This document shows positions 23,862 to 35,678 of a stretch of DNA of 64,000 nucleotides, piece after piece. Source of the DNA: Azolla caroliniana. Taxonomy: Eukaryota; Plantae; Polypodiophyta. Location: contig JBHGNT010000008.1 of the NCBI GenBank assembly GCA_043228905.1, positions 15,376,001 to 15,440,000 of the forward strand. The letters run 5' to 3'. How positions within the stretch are numbered: position 1 is the stretch's first letter; every line of letters starts with the position of its first letter. The notes beneath the pieces are model-generated. The model was not told the DNA's origin, did no database searches, and saw nothing but the letters and a program-made list of their open reading frames with translations. The position numbers and the translations under genes were made by a program.

Positions 23862-26800
23862 ATGACTAGACCAACGAACGACCCGGTTACAGAGCGAGCA
23901 AGAAGACTTGCCGAACGATTGCGGAAGCGAGAGGCTTTCCAGCAAGCGGCCGAAGAGATCCGTGCGGATAGATCATTTTCCAAAGTAATCTGGCGAGTGG
24001 CCGCAGAGTCACTCTGCGTGGAGCAGACTCCCCACCCAGACGAAGGAAGTAGCTTGAGCAGTCTCCGGGACGCGGAATCCATTCTGCAAGCATTAGCGTC
24101 AGGGGAAGGCGCTTCGGAACTGTTCTCGGCCTTCGAATCAGATTCGGACGGCAAATACAGCGCCCATTCAAATTACTGTAGCAGCCACGACACCCCAGAC
24201 GGACCAGAGGACGAGCAGTCGGATACCTTGTCGACACCAAAACCGGAGTTAACGAAACTGGAAGGTCTAGACCGACAAGTGGTGGATCAACTTCTGACAC
24301 CGCCACGTGAAACACCGAAAGAAGCAGCGGAAAGACCTCCGACATCGAAAGAAGAGGAGGAAAGACCTTCGACACCAAAAGAAGAGGGGAGACCTCTGAC
24401 ATCGGACGACGACATGTCGTTCCAATATCCCAAGTACCAGGATGATCCGGACGCGGAAGCTCATTTCTATGCATTTCTACAAACATGGGAAGCAAACCAT
24501 GTGTTGCAACGCTTGACCGCCGCCGAAGCAGAACGCTCAAAGATTGCAGAGTTTGGCATGACCTTTGAAGGACCAGCCACGCGATGGCGGTTGACGCACC
24601 CTCCTGGCACCATCACGACGTTTGAGGACTTAAAAACCAGATGTTTACAGTTCTTCAACAAGGAGGTGGATCAACAGGCGATGGTCGGCCTATTCTACAC
24701 CATACAGCAGGAACCTACGGAAACCATTCAGCAATTCGTAATCCAGTTCCAGTGAATGCACAACCAACTCAATCGGGCACCACCGGAAGCAGAGGCTAAA
24801 ACAATATTTCTAGCAGCACTCCGGGAACCCTTGCGTACGGTGTGCGCAGTGATTGATTTCTACACCAGCACGATCAACCAAGTCATAGACCAGACCGGAC
24901 TAGGTGAGGGAGATGGAGAAAACAAACTCGTGGCTAACAATGGGAGCACTCCAATGTACATTACCGATAGAAGACGACCTACGTTTTCGGTAATCTATAC
25001 AATGTACGACTTGTCTCAATGTCGAGCATTCGGCAATAGAATGTACCATGCGGACACAGTGCATGTTATGCCATTCTAGGGCGCACACAATGGACCGATG
25101 CGAATATAACTTGCTGAACCGGAAAGTGGCACCGATAAGGCAAATCGAACCCCAGAGTAACAGGGAGGAGGAAGAAGAACGCTGGCAGCGAGATGAGCGT
25201 TACTGGCCGGCCCAAGATGTCTGGCACAGCGACAGAAAAGACGCTCACGACTGAGACCGGCAGGATAGCTACCGGGATTACAACGGTGATCGATATGAGC
25301 GATACAACCGAGATCACTCCCCCGGTTACAACTACCGAAGGGAGGATCAAGGCAATTATGAAAAACGGCCCCGACAGGGTTACCGGAACAAAAAATGCTT
25401 CAACAAAAAATGGAACGCTAGAAAGGAGGACCACCAATGGTAGCCGGATAAGGGCACACCAAGTACCCAACCGGACCAAGGCCAAGCACCTAACCGACAA
25501 CCAATAGGACCTCAACAAGGTATCGGAGCGAACGCCGAATCCAGCAACACCCGGAAAGTGTACTGCTACTATTGCTGGCAAGAAGGACATTACAGTAATC
25601 AATGTCCAGTTAAAAGTTACGAGATATGACCAACAGTAAATATGGTGGTAGCAGAAGTCGCCGACATACAACAAGTCACCACCAGGTCAAAAGGCAAAAC
25701 AACGGAGTGGGAAACACAGGAGGCAGTCAGAAAGCAAGCCATAGAGTGGGTGAAGAAGGCAAATGAGCGGAATGTGGCTGAGCTTGAACAACAAAAGGAC
25801 AAATTGAAAGAGGCCGCCGACACGATTCAACCGGAAAACCCAACATGGCAAGCATTACAAGAATGTCAAATTACGTTGCCATTGGGTCAATTATTACAGC
25901 TAGTACCCCGGTTTACGGAAGGGCTGAAATCAGGAACTGACCGCATCAAATCCGTGGCAGGCTCCTGCGTTCTTCTCAAATCCGGAAGAAGGGCCAGCAG
26001 TGGTTGACATGAACAATCCGACAATCACCGCCATCGTCAAAGGATGAGAACTACCGGGGACGATTGTGGACGGAGGATCGGGTGTGAATGTGATTAGTCT
26101 ACGGACATGTAATACCCTGGGAATCCAGGAATGGGAGCCTTGCCCGTTTTTGCTCCGGATGGCGGATACAAGTTCAGTAAGACCTACCGGTTTGATACGA
26201 GATTTAGACGTAACTATCGGAGGACATGCATTCCGCATTTCGGCGGTGGTTCTCCAACTCAATGCGCAAGGGGCTTACCCACTATTGTTGGGCCGCCCAT
26301 GGCTAAAAATGACGCATATCAAACAAAACTGGCGGAAAAACATGATTACCTTCCGGCGAGGAAAAGCTAAAGTAAGGGTACCTGCCCACCCTCGATCGAG
26401 TACCGGCAAGGAGCTGACACCGCTATATGTGGAAGGTGTAAACATGCTCGACGGGCTTGCTGACGAAGAGGTCGACCAATACTTAGAAGAAAACCCAAAA
26501 ATTGTACCCCTATTTGAAATCAATGTGGCAGATGTAGTGTCACCATATATAACACAATCGGATGATGCCGACGAGGAACTGGATAAGGAGGCTATCAAAG
26601 AATTATGGCAAGCACAGGAAGCCCTAGAGAGGGAGATGGCGGTATCCCAACGCATGAAAGCATCCCAGTTTTAGGAAGTGAACTTAGGAACTGAGGACGA
26701 CGTAAGACCGGTTCATATTGCTAAGGAAATGTCACCGGACAACAAGACGGAGATGATCACTTTATTAAAGGAATTCCAGGACGCATTCACCTGGTCCTAT

Positions 26801-29520
26801 GAAGACATGCGGGGGTTGGATCCTCAGTTGTACCAACACCAGATACACCTCAGTAAGGATGCCAAACCGGTAGCACAACAACGTTACCGGATGAACCCTA
26901 ACTATGCGGCTAAGGTCAAAGAGGAAATTGGCAAGTTGCTACGGGTCGGTTTTATTCGACCAGTGAAAAAAGCTACATGGTTAAGTCCCATAGTCGTCGT
27001 GCCGAAAAAGAACGGTAAGATCCGGGTGTGTGTCTATTATTGGAAACTCAATGCGGCAACAGTGACTGACGCCTTTCCACTTTCGTTTACGGATGTAGTG
27101 CTAGACGCAGTAGCCGGTCATGAAGTGTATAACTTCCTAGACGGTTTCAGCGGCTACAATCAAATAAGGATGCACCCCGACGACCAAGACAGGGTGACGT
27201 TCATCACCGAATGGGGAGTCTTCGTCACAGTGGTAATGATGTTCGGGCTCAAGACCGTGTCGGCAACCTTCCAACGAATAATCATGGAAATATTTGGCGA
27301 GTTTATCCCCGCATTCATGCAGGTATTTCTAGATGACTTCGCCGTGTATATCCGAGAAGGAGAACATCTCCAACACCTCCGACTATGTCTTGAGAAATGC
27401 AGGAGTTATCAGTTAAGCCTAAATCCAACAAAGTGTGTGTTCGGAGTAACAAGCGGTGCATTGTTGGGCCATATCGTCACGAAGGACGGGATCACAGTAG
27501 ACCCCGATAAGGTCAAAGCAATCTTAGAAGCACCGGCACCATCCACAGCCAAAGCTTTGAGTCGGTTTCTAGGGCAAATCCGGTGGCATAGCCGGATGCT
27601 CCGGTATTAGGCCGATCTTGCTACACCGTTGCATGCCCGGTTCACTGGACACCATTTCAATGGACAAATACGGAGGATACGGCTTACCAGGCACTAAAAG
27701 TATTGCTATCACAAGCGTCGGTGGTGCAACCACCGGACTGGTCAAAAGAGTTCCATGTGTTCGTCGATGCGTTCGACATAGCAATCGGCAACGCACTAAT
27801 GCAACTGGCTGAACCAAAATGGTACCAACCAGTTTATTATGCCAACCGGAAGCTATCCCAGGCAAAACGAAATTATTTAACAACGGAAAGAGAAGCCTTA
27901 GGGATGATTTACAGTGTTACCAAGTTCAGGCACTATTTATTGGGAAGGAAATTTTCATTTCATGTCGACCACTCAACGCTATTATATTTGGTGTCAAAGG
28001 CATCGCTCACCGGTAAGCTGGCCCGATGGACATTGTTGCTACAAGAGTTTGAGTTCAAATTATATCACCGTCCAGGAATACAACATGCGGTTGCCGATTA
28101 TCTGAGCCGGTTAGACTCCGGCGAGACTGGTGATGGAGTCTCGGATGAGTTTTCGGATGCCGAGTTGTTTAAAGTAACAACAGAAACGGCAATAGATAAC
28201 ACGGTAGTCGACGAAGACAAGTGGCTAACCAACATGCATCAATTCCTAAGCATGAGACTACCACCGAAGGAGATGAACCGGGATGAGCGGACGCGGTTAG
28301 CGGTACAAAGCCAACATTTTTGTCTACTATAGGACACCCTGTACCACAAAGGCGCGGATGGCATATGGCGGCGAGCAGTGCGAAGTGATGAAAAGGACAC
28401 AATATTACGAGAAGCGCACTGTGGCATTGCTGGAGGGCACTATGTCGGGGACACTACAGCAAGGAAGATATGGCACAACGGGCTATGGTGGCCGACGACC
28501 CTGAAGGACTCGGTTCGGTACGCAAAAGATTGTGATTTATGTCAACGGATGGGCCAACCAACAGAACAGGCAAGGATGCCTCACCAGCCAGTGCTACCCG
28601 TAGAGCCATTTCAGAAATGGGGGTTGGACTTCGTTGGGCCATTTAAACCTCCGGCAATGAGAACCGGCAACAGATATGTTATAGTCGCCACAAATTATTG
28701 CACCAAGTGGGTAGAAGCCAAGGCTTTGCGGAACAACACTGCGGCATCAACAACACAGTTCTTATATGAGTACATCTGGTGCCGGTATGGATGCCCGATC
28801 GAGTTAATTAGCGATCAAGGCAGACATTTTCTCGGTCAAGTAGTGGAGAGCTTAACAACATTCTATGTAGTTGTATACAAGTGCAGTACCCCTTATTATC
28901 CACAAGCCAATGGACTGGCCGAATCCACAAACAAAACGCTCCAAAACATCCTGCGAAAGATCGTTAATGAAAATCAGACTGATTGGGACACGAAGCTGCA
29001 TAGTGCACTATGGGCATACCGGACGGCATACAAAACGAGTATCTGGTCAACACCATTCCGATTAGCATTTGGGCTAGAAGCAGTAATGCCGATCAAATTT
29101 CAGGTTCTAAGTTTGCGGATACAAGTTAGAGAACGACTAAGTGAAAAGGAATCGGAAAAAATCCGGTTAGCCGCATTATGCGAACTCGAAGGGCATTGGA
29201 TAGCGAGTCTCACGCAGTTGGAACTGGAGCAGCGACGAAGGAAGGCGTTCGTCGATCGGCACCGGAAGGGCAATGAGAAGATGTTCAAGATCGGTAAGCC
29301 GGTACTCGTGTTCCAGACCCGGATGGGTCATATGCCGGGAAAGCTACGGTTTCAGTGGACCGGACTGTACTAGATAACGCGGGAATTCAACGGTTCATAC
29401 TAGCTCAGAACGCTCGCCGGTGAGATAATGGGCAAATAGGTCAATGGGTTTCGACTCAAACCATATTGTGGACCTATGCCACAAAATCCATTCGAGTAGA
29501 TAGAGATTGATGCAATAGTA
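23862..29520 (+). pseudogene. gag-pol: Gypsy F gag-pol, many stops and frameshifts
   Basis: CCHC (CYYCWQEGHYSNQC near 25565), DGGSGVN protease, LDGFSGYNQI and FLDD RT, FVDA RNase H, GGHY..CDLC and WGLDFVGP integrase, C-terminal PGKLRFQWTG. End coordinate approximate. Confidence 0.88.
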
Positions 29521-29793
29521 GGAAGCAGTAAACAAGTACCCGACAATCAGGCGGAGCTGGCGTTACCGGATAACGACAAACAGGTGGCCGGCAAACGTGA
29601 ATATGGGGAAAAACTGTGATACAAACCCGATGCTTCCGGTTAACTAAAAACTCAACTTGCAAAAAAAAAGAAAAAAAAAAGAAAAAAGAAAAAGAAAAGA
29701 AAAGTCATCATGATAGGCAGGGGGGAGCAAACAGGCACCTTGAAAATGTGTGGTGGGTGGCTAATTAAAGCCTCTTTAAAAAACACACCACGT

Positions 29794-31291
29794 TGTCGTG
29801 ATGTGGCATGTCTAGTGCGAGAAAAAGTAAAAAATTGAGAATCCACACACATTTCACGAATACTTGTAAAAATGAAAATAAATAAACCTAGGCCACAATC
29901 GCATTGAGTGCATGTAGAGGGTTGCAAGTAGTATTTGAACCTTGCACCTCTAAGATAAGAAGCAATTACCTTACCACTAAAGCTGCTACTAAGTGCTTTA
30001 GATGTTCTATATTTCTTTCTCATATTCAATATTCCATAGGAAGCAAACGAACAAAACCATGTACACAAAACCATGGTTTAAAGCCCATGGTTTCCTGCAT
30101 GTCACAAAGCAAAACTGTGTGCACAGAAACCATGGCTCCAAGCCCATGGTTTTGTGCATGGACAAACCTATAAAACCCCTAGTACGGCTTGTGTAAGGGG
30201 GGGGCTCAATATGATATGACCATCATCATCACCATCAATAATATAAGCTTCTATTTCTTCTTCTTCACATCTATCTTGTAATTATTTATCTACTTCTCAA
30301 GTGTACAATCTTCAATCTTCTCAAGTGTAATAGGTCTTCCTCCAATCTTACATTCACATCATCCTCTTCTCAATACCTTGACGGACATCCTCCTTGGTCC
30401 AAGACCCTGGTGGTCCCGCTCAAGTGAAGCACGCTCGCACACGCATCTTCGCGACATTTTTGGTGATCCCGACATGAAGAGCGGTAGGGGAGGATGAAGA
30501 TGGACGAGGAATACCTAATGAAGGCAATGTCAAAGATGATGATGGAGTTTTCAAGAGAAGGGAAAACATGAGATGTGGCCCAACAAGCCGTCGAAAGCAT
30601 GATCAAGCGAGTCGGGTTTTTCGATGGAGGCAAAGTCCAAATATTTCTAAAGGCCTACAATGCCGAAATGGATTCAAGGGGAGTGGAGGAAGCAATGAGG
30701 CTGGAGTACTTTTGTCAAGTGGTGGCTGAACCGATCTTTGAAGAGATTAAAGAGATTCAAAAAATTCACGATTCGTGGGTGTCCTTCAAAGAAGCTTTAC
30801 GAGAGTCATATGGTTACGAAGAGCAAAAGGGACGAGGTTTGCATGATTTTCACGAATGGGTGTCATCGAGAAAGACCCACCAGAGTGCTATGCATGCATT
30901 CGTTGAGTATGAGTATCGCTTCGCTCAACTCTCGGACCAGGATCGAAGATTGGTGGGGGTGAATAAAGTTCTGTTGTTTGTAAAGTCAATCGATCGGAAT
31001 GAAAGGAAGGCCATTGGAATCCAACTCGAGGATGACAATGGTGAAAATGGCCTCATTGAGGATTGGGCCAAAGTGGAAAGGGTATGCCGACAACACGATA
31101 AGAGGGAGATGAGATTCTCATCGACAACAACACGACCCACAAGGAATGTTCAAAGGAGAATGGGATGTGGCAATAAAAACCCACCGAAGGAAGAAAGCTC
31201 GAAGAGGGAAGCTTCGACAGAACTCAACATAGAAGCCTTGATGAGAGAGGCATTCATGAACTTAAAGGCACAAGTCGAGGTTGAAGAGAAG
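29794..31291 (+). mobile_element. Truncated tRNA-Trp-family LTR element (LTR, PBS and gag) inserted in F
   Basis: LTR TGTCGTGA..TTCGCGACA (29794-30456), PBS TGGTGATCCCGACATGAA at 30461 (tRNA-Trp type), gag similar to 42541-43150. F/G homology stops at 29793 and resumes at about 31292. Confidence 0.75.
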
Positions 31292-32506
31292 CCTACAAGC
31301 TTACCACAACCTACCGACTCCGATGACAACATGGAATGCATGGTACTCTCAGAAGCGACCAAGAAATGGCTTAAGCAACACGGTCTGGAGGGATTCTTGA
31401 GGATAGTCGAAGCACCGCCGCACGAATATGCGGAAAATGTCATCAAAGACATCGACACGGAGGTCATCACCGAGGAAGCCATCCGAGCCCTGACCAGCTT
31501 ACCGGAAGGGGGAATATACTCGATCGACAACCTTTCACAAGAGCTGCTGACGAGGTATTTCGGAGAATACTCCTTGGGCAGCAAGGCGTACCACACGCAA
31601 GGCGGCAAAGACCTATTGTTTCGGGAAATTGCTCGGGTACTCCACGAGTATGGTCATGTATACCCCCGACCACCGGCTATGCCCAGGAATAGAGCCGGTT
31701 TGATCATAGCCACCTACGAGGGAGTACAAGTGGATTGGCTGGTAATGATCGCCGATGGCCTGAGCACTGCCATCGTCTCAGTAAAAGATGGGAAAAAGAT
31801 GTGGACAACAGTAGTGCAATGGCTCACTCTGTTAGCACCACCGGTGGCGCCCATGAAACAAAGGAAGCGGGGAAGACCGACAGAATCGACTCCCAAAACA
31901 GCTTCAAAATGGCAGCAACTCCTGGCTACCCAAGCGATAGGCTGGAAGGAGGCCGACACTTCACAAAAGCAAAAGGAGTGGCCTAATCGGAAGCGGCTAG
32001 CAGAGAAGGAGGCATCGGTGAACACCCTGGTGAGACCTGTGAAAATCAATCTGCGCCAAATGGAACAACAAGCAGAACAACAACCGGACAAACTGCAGGG
32101 GCAAGACCCCTTGATGACGTTAATCAATAGCAAGACCCTGGAGGAAGAAGAGCAAGAAGACGAGCCTACCAAGACTCTGATACGTCGTCGACAAACACGT
32201 GACAAGGGCCACAAAGGGGAGAAATCAAGTCCGATGGATGATAGCATACTAGAACCCCTCCCTGAGGAGCCGCAACCAAGGAAGGCGTCAGAACTGGTTC
32301 AACAAGAATCGGTGACAAAGCAATTGAGGCGGCAGGACATAGTGGTCCAGGACACGACAATACCGGTGGATCAAGAACTGGTCATTGAATTGCCGGTGTC
32401 GTTGCCACAGCAGCAACAGCCAGAACCGGAGCGGCCGCTTGACGTAATTATCCATAGTAGGCTCATGGCCAGTGAAGAAGCCATCCCACGACCAGAACCG
32501 GCATGA
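30575..32506 (+). CDS. Chimeric 643-codon ORF: Trp-family Gag fused in frame to the F 3' ORF
   Basis: N-terminal part resembles the H gag (FDGGKVQIFL vs FDGRKITKFL); after EEK|PTSL it matches G ORF 48697-49221. The natural upstream ATG is cut off by a TGA at about 30569, so expression is uncertain. Confidence 0.5.
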   Translation: MAQQAVESMIKRVGFFDGGKVQIFLKAYNAEMDSRGVEEAMRLEYFCQVVAEPIFEEIKEIQKIHDSWVSFKEALRESYGYEEQKGRGLHDFHEWVSSRKTHQSAMHAFVEYEYRFAQLSDQDRRLVGVNKVLLFVKSIDRNERKAIGIQLEDDNGENGLIEDWAKVERVCRQHDKREMRFSSTTTRPTRNVQRRMGCGNKNPPKEESSKREASTELNIEALMREAFMNLKAQVEVEEKPTSLPQPTDSDDNMECMVLSEATKKWLKQHGLEGFLRIVEAPPHEYAENVIKDIDTEVITEEAIRALTSLPEGGIYSIDNLSQELLTRYFGEYSLGSKAYHTQGGKDLLFREIARVLHEYGHVYPRPPAMPRNRAGLIIATYEGVQVDWLVMIADGLSTAIVSVKDGKKMWTTVVQWLTLLAPPVAPMKQRKRGRPTESTPKTASKWQQLLATQAIGWKEADTSQKQKEWPNRKRLAEKEASVNTLVRPVKINLRQMEQQAEQQPDKLQGQDPLMTLINSKTLEEEEQEDEPTKTLIRRRQTRDKGHKGEKSSPMDDSILEPLPEEPQPRKASELVQQESVTKQLRRQDIVVQDTTIPVDQELVIELPVSLPQQQQPEPERPLDVIIHSRLMASEEAIPRPEPA

Positions 32507-34268
32507 CAACAAGGCACCATCAGTCAATGGCTACGATGGATAGTAGAACAAGTGATCGGGGTCGTCTGCTAGTTAGAAGCGGAAGAGAGAGCGCATGAAG
32601 ACCAGTTGCTAGCCACAACCGAGGAATTAGAGAAGGGCCAGTCAAGAATCCGGAGCATGGAGGAAGACATAGGGAAGGCCAGAATAGAAATGGCCAAGTT
32701 GGTAATAGAAGGACCACAACAGTCGGAACCGGTGGCTCCGGTAACTTTACAGAACAATAAGACCCCGGGGACTTAAGCAGGCCCGGATACTAATAAAACG
32801 CTAGCACAAGAGCTTGCCACATTGTGGGAAGACCTGGTAGCACAAGAAGCCTTACGAACCAGAGAGCGAGAATTGAAAAAAGCGGCGGACGAGGACCAAA
32901 GGAAGAAGGTTGACAGCCTCTGCCAAGCAGAGGAAAGCTTGAGAAAAGGTCATCAAGCATATGACCGACTAAAGGAAGAAAAAGAAAGACTCCTTCAGGA
33001 GAAGGACAAACTCCAGCGCTCGGCGGAAGTAGAGATCGAGCAACTGGAATAGAAAACGGAGGACTTTGATCGGCTACACCGAGATCACAAACACTTGGAT
33101 GCGGAACACAAGAAATTGATCACCAAAGTGACCAGCAGCAGGAGAAGTTACGGGAACTTCGGGATGAGGTTAACCGGACCGTGGCAGCTTTGGTACAAGA
33201 ACTGTTGAAGGGGGCTGAAGCAGCGAAGCAACTCGCGGAAGCAGCGAAAGAACGGGTAGAGCTGACCCGGCAGCACTTGGAGGCAATGGAGCACGCTACA
33301 ATGGCTCTGAACAAAGTTCAGACGACCTATCAGACCCAACTCATGCACTACAGAAGCCAAGAAGTGGCAACCGCGAGCCTGATCAAACAATTGAGGGACG
33401 AAAAACAGGCCGCGGAGAACAAGTTGAAGATGGGGTTGGGGCGGATCCGGGACATCGTACTGGCATGAAGAGACCGGACGAAAAGATTGGTAGAAGAAAG
33501 TTCCGTTCAATGGTGGTCTCAATAGGCTAAGCAGGCGACAGAGTTACAATTGCTGCGATCAGATGCGGAGAACCGGCGGAAGGACGACGACGATTTCTAT
33601 AAATTAGACGAGGAAAACATTGTTGCCATAAGGGAGGAATTGTCGGACGACTTTCTATTATTAGTCGGGACCAATTGGCGGCGGTGAGGCAATTGGTGGA
33701 GCAATTGGACGATGACCGGTTGGATACACAACTCCAGCTCGAGCGGTATGAACGAGAATGACGACGATACGAAGCGGTCCGAAGAATTGCGGCGATCAAC
33801 ATCAGTGATGAAGAGCAGTCTTCGAAGTAGGTGCCAAAGGAAGCTGGAACGGGGAAAAGCCAGCCGTATGGAACTCAGGAGGAGAAGACAAACATAACTC
33901 CAGAGGCGCAGCCGAAGGATGGAAACCGGCACACCGAAAACTAGCAGCAGAAGGAGCCGCTAAAGGAAGGTCATCCACAAGAAGCGGTGCATGCCGGACA
34001 ACAGCACCAGGAGACGCCAAGACCAGTAGAGCCAGAAAAGGAGGAAGAGCCGGTAAGACCAACAGAGCCGCAGGAAATTGAAGTCAAGCAGAAGCAGCCA
34101 CTGCTGGAGCCGGAGCAACAACAAGAGCAGCCACAACCGCCGGAACAGTAGAAGTCGGGGCAACAACAAGAGGAGGAACAACATCAGCAACAGACGACTG
34201 AACAGCTTCCTGAGGAACCATTGGAACCCTTAGATCAAAGCATTCTGGACATTTTGGAGGAAGAATGA
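31292..34268 (+). pseudogene. Extra 3' (env-position) ORF of F: conserved globular domain, coiled coil and acidic tail
   Basis: Homologous to 46247-49221 on the minus strand; both end EPLDQSxLDIL(E/D)E(E/D)*. Confidence 0.75.
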
Positions 34269-34302
34269 AGGTTGGATCGTGGGATTCGACGTACATGGTA
34301 TT

Positions 34303-34319
34303 GTCCCACGGGCGTGCCA
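34303..34319 (+). promoter_or_regulatory. tRNA-Arg 3'-end-like motif (GTCCCACGGGCGTGCCA) at the PPT position of F
   Basis: Ends in CCA 2 nt before the 3' LTR; identical in G at 46196-46212 (minus). tRNA identity is from memory of the Arg PBS TGGCACGCCCAGTGGGAC. Confidence 0.7.
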
Positions 34320-34789
34320 TGTGTTAGTCGGCCGACAAGTGAAGTCCAGAATGGGGAAAGGGGGATAATTAATAACCGGGAGCTTATTATCTATAATATA
34401 GAATTATTATTATTTTGAGAAGTGAACAGACGGACCCGGAATCTGTATGCCGATCCAAATCCGGACCAGTTCGTAGCTGGTTGCCGGTTGGCACCGGTTT
34501 GTACCTAGAGCCGGAGACCTATAAAAGGGCCTGGTTAGATTGTAATCATTAGCGGATAATTAATAGAGTGATGTTGTTCTGTATCTTAATCAAGTTAATT
34601 ACCGTTATGTGCTAAGTGTAATTCATCTTACGCGTGTATTGTGACTAATGATCTTGCTGATTAGTAACCAATTAGGGTTTCATTAATAGTTCGGTCTAAG
34701 TTTATCTCACCGCAACACCCCTTTGGTGAAGTGTCTCAAAGGGACACCCTGTGTTAGGCCATTGTCCGGCCCCTAGCAATAACATTTAC

Positions 34790-35678
34790 CCAGGCTCTAG
34801 TCCTCCTTCACGTCAATCCTACTAAGCCTTTTCAAGTTGAAACAGATGCCTCTTACTTTGCCATTGGTGCCATCTTATCCCAACTAGATGATGATGGCAT
34901 CCTACATCCGGTGGCCTACTACTCCCGAAAATTCACAGCTCCAGAATTCAACTATCCTATCTATGACAAGGAGCTCGCGACTATAGTGGCAGCTTTCACG
35001 AAGTGGAGACCTTACTTGACTGGGGTGCAACATCGGGTTCAGGTATTAACAGATCATAAAAAATTATTGTATTTCACAACAACCCGTACTTTGAATCGGC
35101 AGTAGGCTCGTTTGTCAACTTTCTTAGCCGACTATGACTTTGAAATTGTCTTTCGGTCAGGGGCACAAAACATGAATGCTGATGCTCTTTCACGACGGTC
35201 GGATTTTGAGTTGAGCCCAAGGGATGATGCCTATGCTCAACAATCTCGATGTTTGCTTAAACAAGATCAAATCTAGCTCTTTACCACATGCATGCTTCAT
35301 GATGACTCTTTGCTTGAGGAGATAGCCAAAACACTTCCCACCGACAAATTCGCCAATACAATTCAGGAAGGTCTTATTGATCTATCTAAATCCAAGACCA
35401 AGGAAGACCTTGACCGCTTCAGATTCGAGGGGGATTGCATTACTAAGACCAACTCTTATATGTTCCGGAGGGCCGATGTCGAACTCAAGGTCTCCAAAAG
35501 TGTCATGATGACCCCTTGGCTGGTCATTTTGGCGTTACAAAGACACTCGAATTAATCTCACGAGGATATTGGTGGCCTCAACCATGGAAGTTCGTCAAGG
35601 AATTCATCAAGACATGTGATACTTGTGCTAGATCCAAAGTATCCACCATAGGCCATATGGGTTGCTCCAACCACTTCC
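34790..35678 (+). pseudogene. pol: Chromovirus E RNase H and integrase zinc finger (continuation)
   Basis: ETDAS, VAYYSRKF..NYPIYDKEL, TDHK, CHDDPLAGHFG and CDTC motifs. Confidence 0.85.

Larger units (their letters stand above)
23344..34784 (+). mobile_element. Full-length non-chromovirus Gypsy F (Athila/Phygy-like) with an extra 3' ORF
   Basis: 463-bp LTRs 23344-23806 and 34322-34784, TSD TTTAC (23339-23343 / 34785-34789), PBS TGGCGACCAC 23814-23823, gag-PR-RT-RH-IN, no chromodomain, no PPT. Confidence 0.93.

Noticed and set aside
34084-34320. Antisense ORF MARPWD..PKCPEC starting at the LTR edge, also at 46195-46554
   Set aside because: Its ATG and first codons are forced by the conserved tRNA-like motif, and the CPEC part is the reverse of the sense ORF's conserved C-terminus. 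The two copies diverge in length afterwards, so it is probably a shadow ORF.
34349-34367. Purine run GGGGAAAGGGGGA as the PPT of F
   Set aside because: It lies about 30 bp inside the LTR and is present in both LTRs; the TSD fixes the LTR start upstream of it.
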